Shown here piece by piece: positions 51,133 through 60,845 of a stretch of DNA of 64,000 bases. Below the pieces are notes generated by a model. It was not told the DNA's origin and did not search any database. It worked only from the letters and a program-made list of their open reading frames with translations. The position numbers were made by a program, and so were the translations under genes. Each line of letters begins with the position of its first letter. The stretch's first letter is position 1. This stretch comes from Candidatus Hydrogenedentota bacterium (GTDB lineage Bacteria > Hydrogenedentota > Hydrogenedentia > Hydrogenedentales > SLHB01): NCBI GenBank assembly GCA_045863295.1, contig BTWA01000013.1:86350-150349 (forward strand), in the 5' to 3' direction.

Positions 51133-53127
51133 ATGCTGCGATTCGGAGTCTGCTACGAACCGGAAGTCTGGTCGTTCGATCAAGCCTACGACCACATCAA
51201 GTTGATGCGAAAGGCCCACATGAACGTGGTCCGGATCGGCGAATGCGCATGGGGGCAGTTCGAACCGGAACAAGGCCGCTACCGGTTTGATTGGCTCGAA
51301 CCTACACTTGCGGATTTTCGCAAGCAACAAATCGAAGTCGTGTTGTGTGTGCCCACCGTCGCGCCGCCCATGTGGGTCTACACCCGGCACCCGTCCATCA
51401 CGCGTGTGGACCGATCCGGCGCCCGCGTCGCACCCGGGGGACGGAACCCCTGCTGCAAGAATCATCCCGAGTTCAATATCCTGTGCGAAGGTCTGACCCA
51501 ACAACTCGCCCGGCACTACGCGAAGGCCGAGGGCATTTTCGGATGGCAAATCGACAGTGCGTTTGGCCGGTCGGATTCGGCTGAGTGCTATTGCGACCAT
51601 TGCGAAAAAGCTTTTCGCGATTGGCTCATCAAGAAATACAAGGATTTGGATGCGCTAAATACGGCCTGGGGCGCCGCCAAGGACAGCCAAACCCTCCGCC
51701 AATGGAACGAAGCACGTCTGCCGCGCGCGGATTCGGCATTAGTCAACCCTTCCCAAAAGCTCGACTACTGCCGCTTTGTGTCCGATTCGCATATCGGCTT
51801 CTTTAAGCGCCTCCGGGATATTCTCAAGGCCGCCTGCCCGGAACACGCCATCACCCACAACATGGAACCCGAGTCCGATGCGGTAGAATGGCGGACTCTC
51901 GCCGATGAAGTGGGATGGCCGTCCTGCAACGCCGGAAACTTCGCGAATGAAGACCCCTACTACGCCGCCTACGTGTACGCCAAGACTCGCACCGCGCGAA
52001 GTGGGCATTGGGTTATGGAACTGCCCGCGGGACCGGAAGCGGATACCACAACAGGCATTCAATGTGAAAGCCCCGAGCAAGGTGACTTAAGGCGGCGGGT
52101 CTGGCAGGCCATCGCCAACGGCGCCGACGGGGTATGCTTCAAGCATTGGCGATCTCCGTTGCACGGCGCCGCGCAAATCGAGTCCGGCGTGTTGGATCAC
52201 GACGGGATACCCAGACGGCGCTACAAGGAAATTGCGGCAACGGGCGACGAGGTCGATCGTGCCGCAGACGCGCTTCGAGGCACCCGATGGCAACCCGTCG
52301 TCGGCTTGATGCGATCGGCCGATATCGCGTGGACGCTGAAGCAGCGGCCGTGCGCGCCGGGATTCGACTACGACGATCGCTGCTTCGAATTATTCCGTTC
52401 GGTCAAGCGCACCGGGCACAACTGTTCCATCATTTCGCCCTCCGATTCGCTCACGGGGTTCAAGGCCATTCTTACGTCCAGCCTCGCCATCGCAAACGCA
52501 GAGATGGCGGCCAACTTAGTGAAATTTGTGAAAGAAGGCGGAACCTTGATCATCTCCGCGCAATCCGGGTCTCGTGAAGCCAACGGTTCCATGTCCGCTG
52601 CAAAACGCCCTGGAGTCCTCGCCGAACTGGCCGGCGCCACCGTACAGGAAACACTGGCGCTCCACCACGGCAAAACCCACAAGATAAACTTCGCGCGCGG
52701 ACCCCTCATTGGCGAAATCTGCGATGTCGGGAGTTGGGGAGAAGTACTCGAACCTACTACCGCGCAGGTCATTGCCGAGTACGCCCAAGGCCGCCTCATG
52801 GGACAACCGGCCATCGTGCATCACAACATCGAGGCGGGCCAGGTTTTCTACATGGGGGTTTACCTGCCAAGAAACGTTCTTGAACCGTTTATTGCCGATG
52901 TCCTGCCGGAATATCCCATTCGAATGTTTCCCGACGGGATAGAAATCGCCCAGCGGCGCAGCGATGCCGCCCATTACTTATTTGTGCTCAATCACAGTGG
53001 AGAACGTCAAGTCGTCATACTGCCCAAAGCATATCCCGAACTCCTCCGGGGTGAACAAGTCGGCCCGGAGGTCACCATCTCCTCAAACGGTATTCTCATC
53101 CTCAACATCAAGTCTTCCGGAGCCTGA
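51133..53127 (+). CDS. GH42 beta-galactosidase homolog (acid/base Glu apparently absent)
   Basis: YEPEVW, NVVRIGECAW, EPEQGRYRFDWL, CYCDHC, LNTAWG, ITHN, WVME, trimerisation domain, FVLNHS. Confidence 0.82.
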   Translation: MLRFGVCYEPEVWSFDQAYDHIKLMRKAHMNVVRIGECAWGQFEPEQGRYRFDWLEPTLADFRKQQIEVVLCVPTVAPPMWVYTRHPSITRVDRSGARVAPGGRNPCCKNHPEFNILCEGLTQQLARHYAKAEGIFGWQIDSAFGRSDSAECYCDHCEKAFRDWLIKKYKDLDALNTAWGAAKDSQTLRQWNEARLPRADSALVNPSQKLDYCRFVSDSHIGFFKRLRDILKAACPEHAITHNMEPESDAVEWRTLADEVGWPSCNAGNFANEDPYYAAYVYAKTRTARSGHWVMELPAGPEADTTTGIQCESPEQGDLRRRVWQAIANGADGVCFKHWRSPLHGAAQIESGVLDHDGIPRRRYKEIAATGDEVDRAADALRGTRWQPVVGLMRSADIAWTLKQRPCAPGFDYDDRCFELFRSVKRTGHNCSIISPSDSLTGFKAILTSSLAIANAEMAANLVKFVKEGGTLIISAQSGSREANGSMSAAKRPGVLAELAGATVQETLALHHGKTHKINFARGPLIGEICDVGSWGEVLEPTTAQVIAEYAQGRLMGQPAIVHHNIEAGQVFYMGVYLPRNVLEPFIADVLPEYPIRMFPDGIEIAQRRSDAAHYLFVLNHSGERQVVILPKAYPELLRGEQVGPEVTISSNGILILNIKSSGA

Positions 53128-53400
53128 TCGTTCCAATATATTCATCATGTAATTGTTTTAATTGAATTTTTTGCCAGATATACGATACTAATCGCCCCAA
53201 ATTCTTGCAAACTCCCGAGAATTAAAGGTACAATTACCTCCAGATGGCTACACAAACCTAGCCATTGGACCGGGCCGTAGTACGGTTCGCCTTGGGGAAG
53301 GCGAACAGGGGGATAGCGGCGATCCAGCAGTACTCAATCGCAGTTTGACCTGACGGGTGGCGTCCGGTTCTTTCCGCTCTCTTGGGGGGATACGAGGGAC

Positions 53401-56400
53401 ATGGAGTCGCCTACTGCCGGCCTGGATATACCAGATATACAGGACAGCATGCGCCCGGAAGCCAAGCGATACCAACACCGGATCTGGATCGTAACCGGTC
53501 TGGCCATCGCCGGCGCAACCATGCTCACGGTCGCTTTCTCCACTGTACACAATGCCTACGAAAGAGAAGAACAAATGGCAGGTGGATTGGAGTACGCGAA
53601 TTTCCTGCTCGAACTTCAGATCGGACTCGCCGAATCGCTGGCATACGGCCCTTCCGATTCAAAAGCCCCACCGGTTTCTGCCGGCCCCCCGCAATCCATG
53701 GAGGGAAAATCGGCACAAACGACTTCCACCATGCTGGGGCATCTCTATGAATCATCCAACGTCTCGGTGTATCCAATCGCCCTGAATCCAGCAGGACCGC
53801 AACGTCCGTTGGATACGTGGGAAAAGGCCGCCATGCATTCCATCCTGCGCGGCTCGGACGGCGAAAGTGGCATGGACCACACTGTTCCGTCTCCGGTCAT
53901 TCGTGCAATCCGGCCGCTCGTCGCAACAAAAAACTGCCTCCGCTGCCACGAAAACGAAAAGTTCCGCGTAGGCGAAACCGTCGGCGCATTGTCCGCCAAG
54001 GTAAATACCGAGTACATCGCCGCCGCGACCCTCGTGCACGGCAACAAGGCAAGTGTGATTCACTGGCTCATCTGGGCGGCGACCACGCTGTGCGCCTTGC
54101 TGGCCGGTACGGTTCTCGTTCGCATGAACCGCCAGCGTGAATTGTCAGAGCGCCAAAACCAACAAAACAGCGCATATCTCCATGCGATCCTGGAAAGCAT
54201 TCCATATCAGGTCAATGTGCTGGATGCCGAATACCGGTTGCTTTCGAGTAATCGTTCAGCGTTTCCTACGGTACCAGGCCGCCGTATCCGCGAAGGCATG
54301 TCCCATTGCTATGAGATCTTTCACGGGCGGACCGCACCCTGTGAAGGTCCAGACCTCGTCTGCCCGTTGAACGAAGCACTAAAGTCTCGCGCCTGCACAA
54401 CGGCAACCCACGAACACCTCGGTCCGGACGGTGTAATTAGAACCTATGAGATAGATGTCTCGCCCATGGCCAGTGAATCCGGCGACATCGATCGGTTTAT
54501 CGAAATCATTCGAGACGTCACGGATCGCGCGGCCATCGAGCGGCAACTGCGCACGATGGCGCAAGTCATCGAACATGTCCACGACGCCGTCATCTATGTC
54601 ACACCCACCGGCCGCATTTCCGCATGGAACAAGGGTGCAACCGCCCTCTTCGGATTCTTGCCCGGCGAAGTAATCGGCACGTTTGTCTTCAGCCTGTTTC
54701 ACGCCGATTGCCGGCACCGTGTAAAGAAAGCCGCACTGCAGGCAATTCGCCACGGCGATTGGCAAATCGAAGCCAACGTGCTGCACCGATCGGGAAGGGA
54801 AATTCAAGGGTATATGTCGGTTTCATCCATCACCGACAAGATGGGCAAGGTCATCGGCGGTATTGCCATCATACTGGATATCTCAAAATTGCGCGAAGTG
54901 GAACAAAAACTCGCCGAGAGTTCCGATAGATACCAACTCGCCGTGGAAAGCGCCGAATTGGGAACATGGGACTGGGATCTCGTTTCCGGAAACGCAAAGG
55001 TCAATGCCCGCTATGCGGCCATGCTCGGCTATGAACACGAACGGTTTGAACACTCGTTCGACCGGTTCAAAAACATGGCGCATCCCGATGACCTGCCCCA
55101 TGTCCTCGAAGGCATCGAAGTAAACATGCTCGCCGGAGACAGTATCAGCGAAGACGAAGTCCGGCTGCGCCACAAAGACGGGCATTGGATCTGGTTCCTG
55201 AATCGCGGACGTGTGGTGGAGCGCGATCGGACCGGACGCCCCCTGCGCGCGTGCGGCATCATGCAGGATATCTCCGAAAAGAAAAACTTCGAAGCAGAAC
55301 TGAAGAACAGCATCGAATTGCTCACCGCCATACGTGCGTCCCACGAAGCAGCCTTCTCGACCCATGCCGAGGGTATCCCATACAACCGCGTACTGGCATC
55401 CATACTCAAAGTATCGGACAGCGCGTTCGGATTCGTCGGAAAGGTCGCATGGGACGGCGATACTCCAAAGTGGCTGGAGATGCTCGCGATCGACAGCGCC
55501 CAATGGGATAAAGACGCAAAAACCCACTATCAGACTGCCGCGGTTTCCGGCGATCTGCGACTGGACATGAATACCCACCCACTAATTGAACCGCTTCTCG
55601 CGGGAAAACCCACGCTCTCCAATACCCCCAACGCACCGGATCGCCGCACAAACGGAACCGGTGCCTTCGCGGGATTCCGGAACTTTCTCGCGGTCCCCAT
55701 ACAACAGGACGGGAAAACGGTGTTGCTTTTCGGGCTGGCAAACCGCCCCACGCCATTTACCTACGAGATCGCGCAACGCCTCATGCCGCTCTTAGAAACC
55801 CTTACCCAGGTTACCATGGCAGCCAGCATCGACGCCGAACGCAAACGCCACCGAGAACAACTCGAGCGCATTGTAACCGCCATCGAAGACGGGACGTGGG
55901 AGTGGGATCTGACGTCCGACCAGATCATGTGGAGTGACCGAAGCTTTCACATCCTCGGATACGCATCGCAGGAGTTCGCGCTGGACTACAAAACGTGGAG
56001 CGATCTGATTCATCCCACGGATCGGGATATGTGCATCCAAACACTTCTGCACAGCCTCGAAACCGGCCAACCGTTCAAAATGGAGTTCAGATACAAAACA
56101 AAGGCCGGTTCATGGTGTTGGGTAAACAGCCGCGGACGCATTGTGGAACGCAACGACGCGGGCTGGCCCACTAGAATGGCCGGCGCGCACACAGACATAT
56201 CCGACCGAAAGCGCTCGGAATGGCGTATCCGCTCGCGCCTCTCCATCAACGACTACGCCCGGAACCACTCGCTCCGCGAACTGATGGTGCGCGTGCTCGA
56301 CGAAGCCGAGGCGCTAACGGAAAGCACCATCGGATTCTGCCACTTTGTGGAACCCGATCAGGAACACGTCTGGCTGCAGGCGTGGAGCACCAATACGACC

Positions 56401-58629
56401 GAAACCATGTGCCACGCCGAAGGCGGCGGAAAACATTATCCCATCAGCTACGCAGGTGTTTGGGCCGACTCCATTCGAGATCGCCGCCCAATGATTCACA
56501 ATGACTATTACGCCTTGCCCAACAGGCGGGGATTGCCTCTGGGGCACGCCGAAGTGACCCGCCAACTCGTCGTTCCCGTCATGCGAGACGATAAAGTTGT
56601 CGCCGTTATGGGCGTGGGCAACAAGCCAACTCCCTATACCGATCAAGACCTTGCCGATACCGTTGCCCTCGCGGACCTTGCATGGGACACCATCCAGGTG
56701 AAACAGGCCGAGCAGGCTCACCGCGAAGCCGAAGCCCTGTACAAAAGCATGTTCTCGCAAAACAACGCGATTATGCTGCTGGTCGACCCGGAAACGGGCG
56801 CCATCGCCGAGGCCAATCCCGCCGCCTGCATGTACTACGGCTATACGTACGATGAAATCGTTGCCATGACAGCAGCGGACATTGACGTCGACTCCTCGGG
56901 CGAACTCGCCAAATTGTTTCAGGCGGTACTCCAACGCAACGCAAATGCCGCCCATTCCATCCGTCGCCATCAAGTCCAGTCAGGCGAAATCAGGGATGTC
57001 GAAGTATTTGCCACCGCGCTCGCCAAGAATGGCCGCGACGTTGTGTTTATGATCATCCACGATATCACCGACCGCCGTCGGGCCGAAGAAGAACGCGCGC
57101 GGCTGGCCATGGCCGTCGAACAGGCCACCGAAGCCATCGTCATCACCGGCGTCGACGGCTCCATCGAGTACGTCAATCCCGCCTTCGAACGGGTGACCGG
57201 ATATGCCGAAGCGGAAGTCGTCGGTAAAAATCCGCGTGTATTGAAAAGCCACGTGCATCCAAAAGAATTCTACGAGGAAATGTGGTCCGCGATTACCTCT
57301 GGCGAAACGTGGCACGGACAGATTACAAACGTCCGGAAAACAGGCGAATCGTTCACGGAAGATGTGGTGATTTCCCCACTGCGCGACTCCTCTGGCGTCG
57401 TGCGGCATTTCGTCGGAGTGAAGCGCGACATTACGCGTGAGCTGCAGTTGCAGTCGGAGCTAAGGCAATCCCAGCGCCTGGAGTCCGTGGGGCGTCTGGC
57501 CGGAGGAGTCGCGCACGATTTCAATAACCTCCTGCAAATCATCGGCGGATATACCCAACTCATGCTCGATCAGGGCGGGAGCGCTCACGCCTTTCATGAC
57601 ATGCTGACGGAGGTCAACCGCGCCAGTGGCCGCGCCGCCGAATTGGTCAGCCAATTACTCGCGTTCAGCAGAAAAAGCGTCATGCGCTTTCAGAATCTCG
57701 ACATGAAGCTGCTCGTGCAATCCTGGACCAAAGGACTGGGCCGCGTACTCGGCGAGAATGCACAATTGGTCGTCGAGTGCGATTCGGAGACAAGCGTGGC
57801 GTACGCGGATCGAGGCATGATGGAGCAAGTACTCATGAACCTCTGCGTGAACGCACGCGATGCCATGCCGCGAGGGGGAGTCGTGTCTATATGCACAGGC
57901 TCCATTCGACTCTCCAAAGCATTTGCAAATGACAACCCGTGGGCCAAGGAAGGCCACTTCGCCTACCTGAAAGTAGCCGACACAGGCGAAGGTATGTCAC
58001 GCGGCATAATCGAACACATTTTCGAGCCCTTCTTTACCACCAAAGGCCCAGGAGAAGGCACGGGCCTCGGCTTGGCTACGGTACACGGCATCGTTCAGCA
58101 ACACGGCGGTTTCATTCATGTATCCAGCGAAATCAACCGGGGATCTGTGTTTACCGTCTACGTTCCGGCCGCGCACACCGATATCGCACAAGTGAAACAC
58201 CTCGAACAAAAGCGTATTACCGGAAGAAGTGAGACGATTCTGGTTGCCGAAGACGAGCCCGGCATACGGCAGTTCTCCAAAAAAGTCCTGGAAGCCGCCG
58301 GCTACCATGTTGTCCTTGCGTGCGACGGAATGGAGGCCATGGAACAATTAAGCGCACACAAAGCGGAGATAGCGCTGATTGTGCTGGATGTTATCATGCC
58401 GCACATGAGTGGACGGGAAGTATTTGAAAAAATACAATCTACAAATAACGCCATACCCGTCATATTCGCCACAGGCTACAGCGAGTCCTCGCTTCACTCC
58501 GAAGTAAACCACGGTTCGGAACTGCGCCTCATCCGAAAACCCTTTTCCAAGGAAGACTTGCTGGAAGCCGTCCGCTCCGCGCTCGACGCAACACCCGCAG
58601 ACAATGCGGCGCTCAACTGGGTGCTGTAA
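53401..58629 (+). CDS. Hybrid sensor histidine kinase: periplasmic heme-c domain, multiple PAS, two GAF, HisKA, HATPase, REC
   Basis: TM-CLRCH-TM; PAS motifs (WDWD, HPDD, YVNPAF); [32 protein letters not shown]; receiver EDE...LDVIMP...KPF. Confidence 0.92.
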   Translation: MESPTAGLDIPDIQDSMRPEAKRYQHRIWIVTGLAIAGATMLTVAFSTVHNAYEREEQMAGGLEYANFLLELQIGLAESLAYGPSDSKAPPVSAGPPQSMEGKSAQTTSTMLGHLYESSNVSVYPIALNPAGPQRPLDTWEKAAMHSILRGSDGESGMDHTVPSPVIRAIRPLVATKNCLRCHENEKFRVGETVGALSAKVNTEYIAAATLVHGNKASVIHWLIWAATTLCALLAGTVLVRMNRQRELSERQNQQNSAYLHAILESIPYQVNVLDAEYRLLSSNRSAFPTVPGRRIREGMSHCYEIFHGRTAPCEGPDLVCPLNEALKSRACTTATHEHLGPDGVIRTYEIDVSPMASESGDIDRFIEIIRDVTDRAAIERQLRTMAQVIEHVHDAVIYVTPTGRISAWNKGATALFGFLPGEVIGTFVFSLFHADCRHRVKKAALQAIRHGDWQIEANVLHRSGREIQGYMSVSSITDKMGKVIGGIAIILDISKLREVEQKLAESSDRYQLAVESAELGTWDWDLVSGNAKVNARYAAMLGYEHERFEHSFDRFKNMAHPDDLPHVLEGIEVNMLAGDSISEDEVRLRHKDGHWIWFLNRGRVVERDRTGRPLRACGIMQDISEKKNFEAELKNSIELLTAIRASHEAAFSTHAEGIPYNRVLASILKVSDSAFGFVGKVAWDGDTPKWLEMLAIDSAQWDKDAKTHYQTAAVSGDLRLDMNTHPLIEPLLAGKPTLSNTPNAPDRRTNGTGAFAGFRNFLAVPIQQDGKTVLLFGLANRPTPFTYEIAQRLMPLLETLTQVTMAASIDAERKRHREQLERIVTAIEDGTWEWDLTSDQIMWSDRSFHILGYASQEFALDYKTWSDLIHPTDRDMCIQTLLHSLETGQPFKMEFRYKTKAGSWCWVNSRGRIVERNDAGWPTRMAGAHTDISDRKRSEWRIRSRLSINDYARNHSLRELMVRVLDEAEALTESTIGFCHFVEPDQEHVWLQAWSTNTTETMCHAEGGGKHYPISYAGVWADSIRDRRPMIHNDYYALPNRRGLPLGHAEVTRQLVVPVMRDDKVVAVMGVGNKPTPYTDQDLADTVALADLAWDTIQVKQAEQAHREAEALYKSMFSQNNAIMLLVDPETGAIAEANPAACMYYGYTYDEIVAMTAADIDVDSSGELAKLFQAVLQRNANAAHSIRRHQVQSGEIRDVEVFATALAKNGRDVVFMIIHDITDRRRAEEERARLAMAVEQATEAIVITGVDGSIEYVNPAFERVTGYAEAEVVGKNPRVLKSHVHPKEFYEEMWSAITSGETWHGQITNVRKTGESFTEDVVISPLRDSSGVVRHFVGVKRDITRELQLQSELRQSQRLESVGRLAGGVAHDFNNLLQIIGGYTQLMLDQGGSAHAFHDMLTEVNRASGRAAELVSQLLAFSRKSVMRFQNLDMKLLVQSWTKGLGRVLGENAQLVVECDSETSVAYADRGMMEQVLMNLCVNARDAMPRGGVVSICTGSIRLSKAFANDNPWAKEGHFAYLKVADTGEGMSRGIIEHIFEPFFTTKGPGEGTGLGLATVHGIVQQHGGFIHVSSEINRGSVFTVYVPAAHTDIAQVKHLEQKRITGRSETILVAEDEPGIRQFSKKVLEAAGYHVVLACDGMEAMEQLSAHKAEIALIVLDVIMPHMSGREVFEKIQSTNNAIPVIFATGYSESSLHSEVNHGSELRLIRKPFSKEDLLEAVRSALDATPADNAALNWVL

Positions 58630-58686
58630 CCGTCTCAAAGGGCCGCCCTTGCAATTGCGAAGCGCGCGAACAAATAATGTCCTACC

Positions 58687-59616
58687 ATGCATGTATCATT
58701 TGTTATTCCGGTTTTTAACGAACGCGAAACGTTGCGGCCGCTGTTGGAAGGCATAGCCCAACACATCGCACCCCACAAATTCGATGTCGTATTCGTGGAC
58801 GACGGCAGCACCGATGGCTCCCGCGATTTGCTGCACACGCTCGCGCGCGAACACAGCGCCGTCAAAATTGTGGAACTTCGTGGCAACTTCGGAAAGTCCG
58901 CCGCGCTCGCCGCGGGTTTCGCCAAGGCCGAAGGCGACCTGGTCTTCACCATGGACTCCGACCTGCAGGACGACCCACAGGAAATCCCCCGGTTCCTCCA
59001 AAAGATTGAAGAAGGGTACGACGTCGTCTGCGGATGGAAAAGCGTACGCCATGACCCCTGGCACAAAGTCATCCCATCCCGCGCGTACAATGCCTTTGTC
59101 GCATGGCTCTTTGCGCTGCCCCTGCATGACGTGAACTGTGGTTTCAAAGTCTACCGGCGTGAAGTCGTGAAGACCCTCCGCGTCTACGGAGAATTGCACC
59201 GCCTCATTCCCGTCATGGCCCATGGCATGAACTACCGCGTCGGGGAAATCCCGGTCGAGCATCACCCCAGACGCTATGGAAAATCCAAGTACGGACTCGA
59301 GCGGTTTACACGGGGCGCCCTCGATGTACTGACCATCTGGTTCCTGGACCGGTACAGCCATGCCCCCGGCCACTTCTTCGGGAAAATGGGAATCATCCAA
59401 TCCGCGCTCGGTGCCATCGCATTCGCGATCGCGGCGTTCTTGTGGTTCCGCGCCATGCCTACCTCCGTGATTGCCGCCTTTGGCGTGGTTGGCCTGGTGC
59501 TCTTCGCCACCGGAGGTCTGACCTTTTGCATGGGCCTCCTTGCCGAACTCGTACTCCGCCACTTCGTCCGGATCGATCCGGATCTCTACATTGAAGCCCC
59601 AAAACAATCCGGATGA
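58687..59616 (+). CDS. GT2 glycosyltransferase (ArnC/polyprenol-phosphate type)
   Basis: VIPVFNE, DDGSTDGS, NFGKSAAL, MDSDLQDDP, two C-terminal TM helices. Confidence 0.9.
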   Translation: MHVSFVIPVFNERETLRPLLEGIAQHIAPHKFDVVFVDDGSTDGSRDLLHTLAREHSAVKIVELRGNFGKSAALAAGFAKAEGDLVFTMDSDLQDDPQEIPRFLQKIEEGYDVVCGWKSVRHDPWHKVIPSRAYNAFVAWLFALPLHDVNCGFKVYRREVVKTLRVYGELHRLIPVMAHGMNYRVGEIPVEHHPRRYGKSKYGLERFTRGALDVLTIWFLDRYSHAPGHFFGKMGIIQSALGAIAFAIAAFLWFRAMPTSVIAAFGVVGLVLFATGGLTFCMGLLAELVLRHFVRIDPDLYIEAPKQSG

Positions 59617-59679
59617 AACGGTCCGCAATGTCATGCAGAGCGAGACCGATCCAATCTAGATGTACGGCTAAATGGAGGG

Positions 59680-59710
59680 AGAGCGGCGGGCCTTGGGTAC
59701 CCGCCGCTCT
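59680..59710. terminator. Strong GC hairpin between convergent GT2 gene and ncRNA (possible bidirectional terminator)
   Basis: AGAGCGGCGGG-N9-CCCGCCGCTCT; only weak U-tracts on either strand. Confidence 0.55.
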
Positions 59711-59718
59711 TTGCGGGG

Positions 59719-59913
59719 AGTGTCTGAAACCTTTCTTATCCGTGTTTCTTGGCGCAAGAGGGTCACGGTAGAAGGTGCAATACTGAAACCATTGGGCTGC
59801 GGTCTGTTGGCCTCAGCAGTTGTACGAACCCTTAATGGCCTGGGCTGCGGAACGGACTTCACGGTGCATTGAAGTCTGTGACCAGGTTCGTACTGAGATT
59901 GGTTCCAGACACC
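59719..59913 (-). ncRNA. Candidate structured non-coding RNA of unassigned family (~195 nt)
   Basis: Own promoter; 12-bp closing helix joining 5' and 3' ends; nested helices whose imperfect pairs are G-U only on the minus strand; downstream hairpin; no credible ORF. Confidence 0.72.
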
Positions 59914-59919
59914 GGCTGC

Positions 59920-59948
59920 AATATACCACAACATATAGGGGCTGTCAA
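59920..59948 (-). promoter_or_regulatory. Sigma70 promoter of the ncRNA, with NrdR-box-like site in the spacer
   Basis: TTGACA-N17-TATATT with extended -10 TG; spacer contains CCACAACATATAGGGG (59926-59941). Confidence 0.75.
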
Positions 59949-60228
59949 CCCCTCAAAATCAATGAATCGACTTTTCTTGTGGCTACCTAAACCCCCACAA
60001 AAAGTAGAGCCAAGCACAACTCACACAAAGACTGGCATCCATGCCACAGCATTCTCGCAATTTATGCTTTTTCAGGTTTCTTCTCACCGTTCAACATATA
60101 GTGGTCCAGGTTTCGGCCCGCAACCCACCCTAGAGGCCCGCGATTCCGAAGCCATATTGTCAATTTCCAGTCCGAACGGATACCATTAAGGAGGACGCGT
60201 AAACGTGTTTTGAGGGAGAAAAGGAAAT

Positions 60229-60447
60229 ATGCCGTTATTTCTGTATCATTGTGCTGCGTGTGACGTCGATAGTGAATTGCTCGTACGGAATGGCGAAACA
60301 TTGGCCTGTCCCCAATGCGGTTCGGACCAGCTGCAAAAACAGATGTCCGCTTTTGCTCCCGCGGCAAGTCATCGCGCTCAAGCGCAGCCCATGGGATGCG
60401 GCGCGCAATCCTGCTGCCAGATGCAGGGCGGCTGTGGAATGAACTGA
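60229..60447 (+). CDS. FmdB-family zinc-ribbon protein
   Basis: MPLFLYHCAAC...CPQCGS..LQKQMSAF, Cys-rich tail CGAQSCC...GGC; AAGGA RBS. Confidence 0.82.
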   Translation: MPLFLYHCAACDVDSELLVRNGETLACPQCGSDQLQKQMSAFAPAASHRAQAQPMGCGAQSCCQMQGGCGMN

Positions 60448-60485
60448 AGCCACGCCCCAACGGTAAACGCCAATTGGGTAGTCGA

Positions 60486-60845
60486 ATGTACGACGATCAG
60501 GAAGAGTCCAGTCCGCGCTCGTTTCGCGAAATCGTCGCGCGGGTGGTGGAAAATATGAACCCATGGCGCCCGATCAGTTACTACCTGATGTTCGCCATCT
60601 TCGCCGTCCTTATTCTTGCCACCCAACTGTATTTTGTCCGCGACAATCCAGGCCGGTATGCGTTTATCCTGTCACTGTTGTTCATCTTTGCTTTCGCCGT
60701 TGCCGTGCGCGCTCTCTACGACGTCACGGATCTCATTCGCCGCGGAATGCGTGAACGCCGTGAACTTCACCGTGCCACCTTGGGCGACGAATCGTTCATG
60801 CGCGAGCTCGGCCGCCGTGTGGCCGAAAAACGGGACCGCGAGTGA
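60486..60845 (+). CDS. Small two-TM hypothetical protein
   Basis: Two TM helices; stop overlaps waaF start (GTGA). Confidence 0.6.
   Translation: MYDDQEESSPRSFREIVARVVENMNPWRPISYYLMFAIFAVLILATQLYFVRDNPGRYAFILSLLFIFAFAVAVRALYDVTDLIRRGMRERRELHRATLGDESFMRELGRRVAEKRDRE

Noticed and set aside
59719..59913. Retron msr-msd or IS110 bridge-RNA interpretation of the terminal inverted repeat and long stem
   Set aside because: No reverse transcriptase or recombinase gene anywhere in the window; flanks are ordinary envelope genes
59668..60189. Short ORFs (88, 66 and 106 aa) overlapping the ncRNA candidate
   Set aside because: No recognisable motifs; the 88-aa ORF starts inside the promoter spacer, upstream of the predicted +1; the helices are better explained as RNA structure
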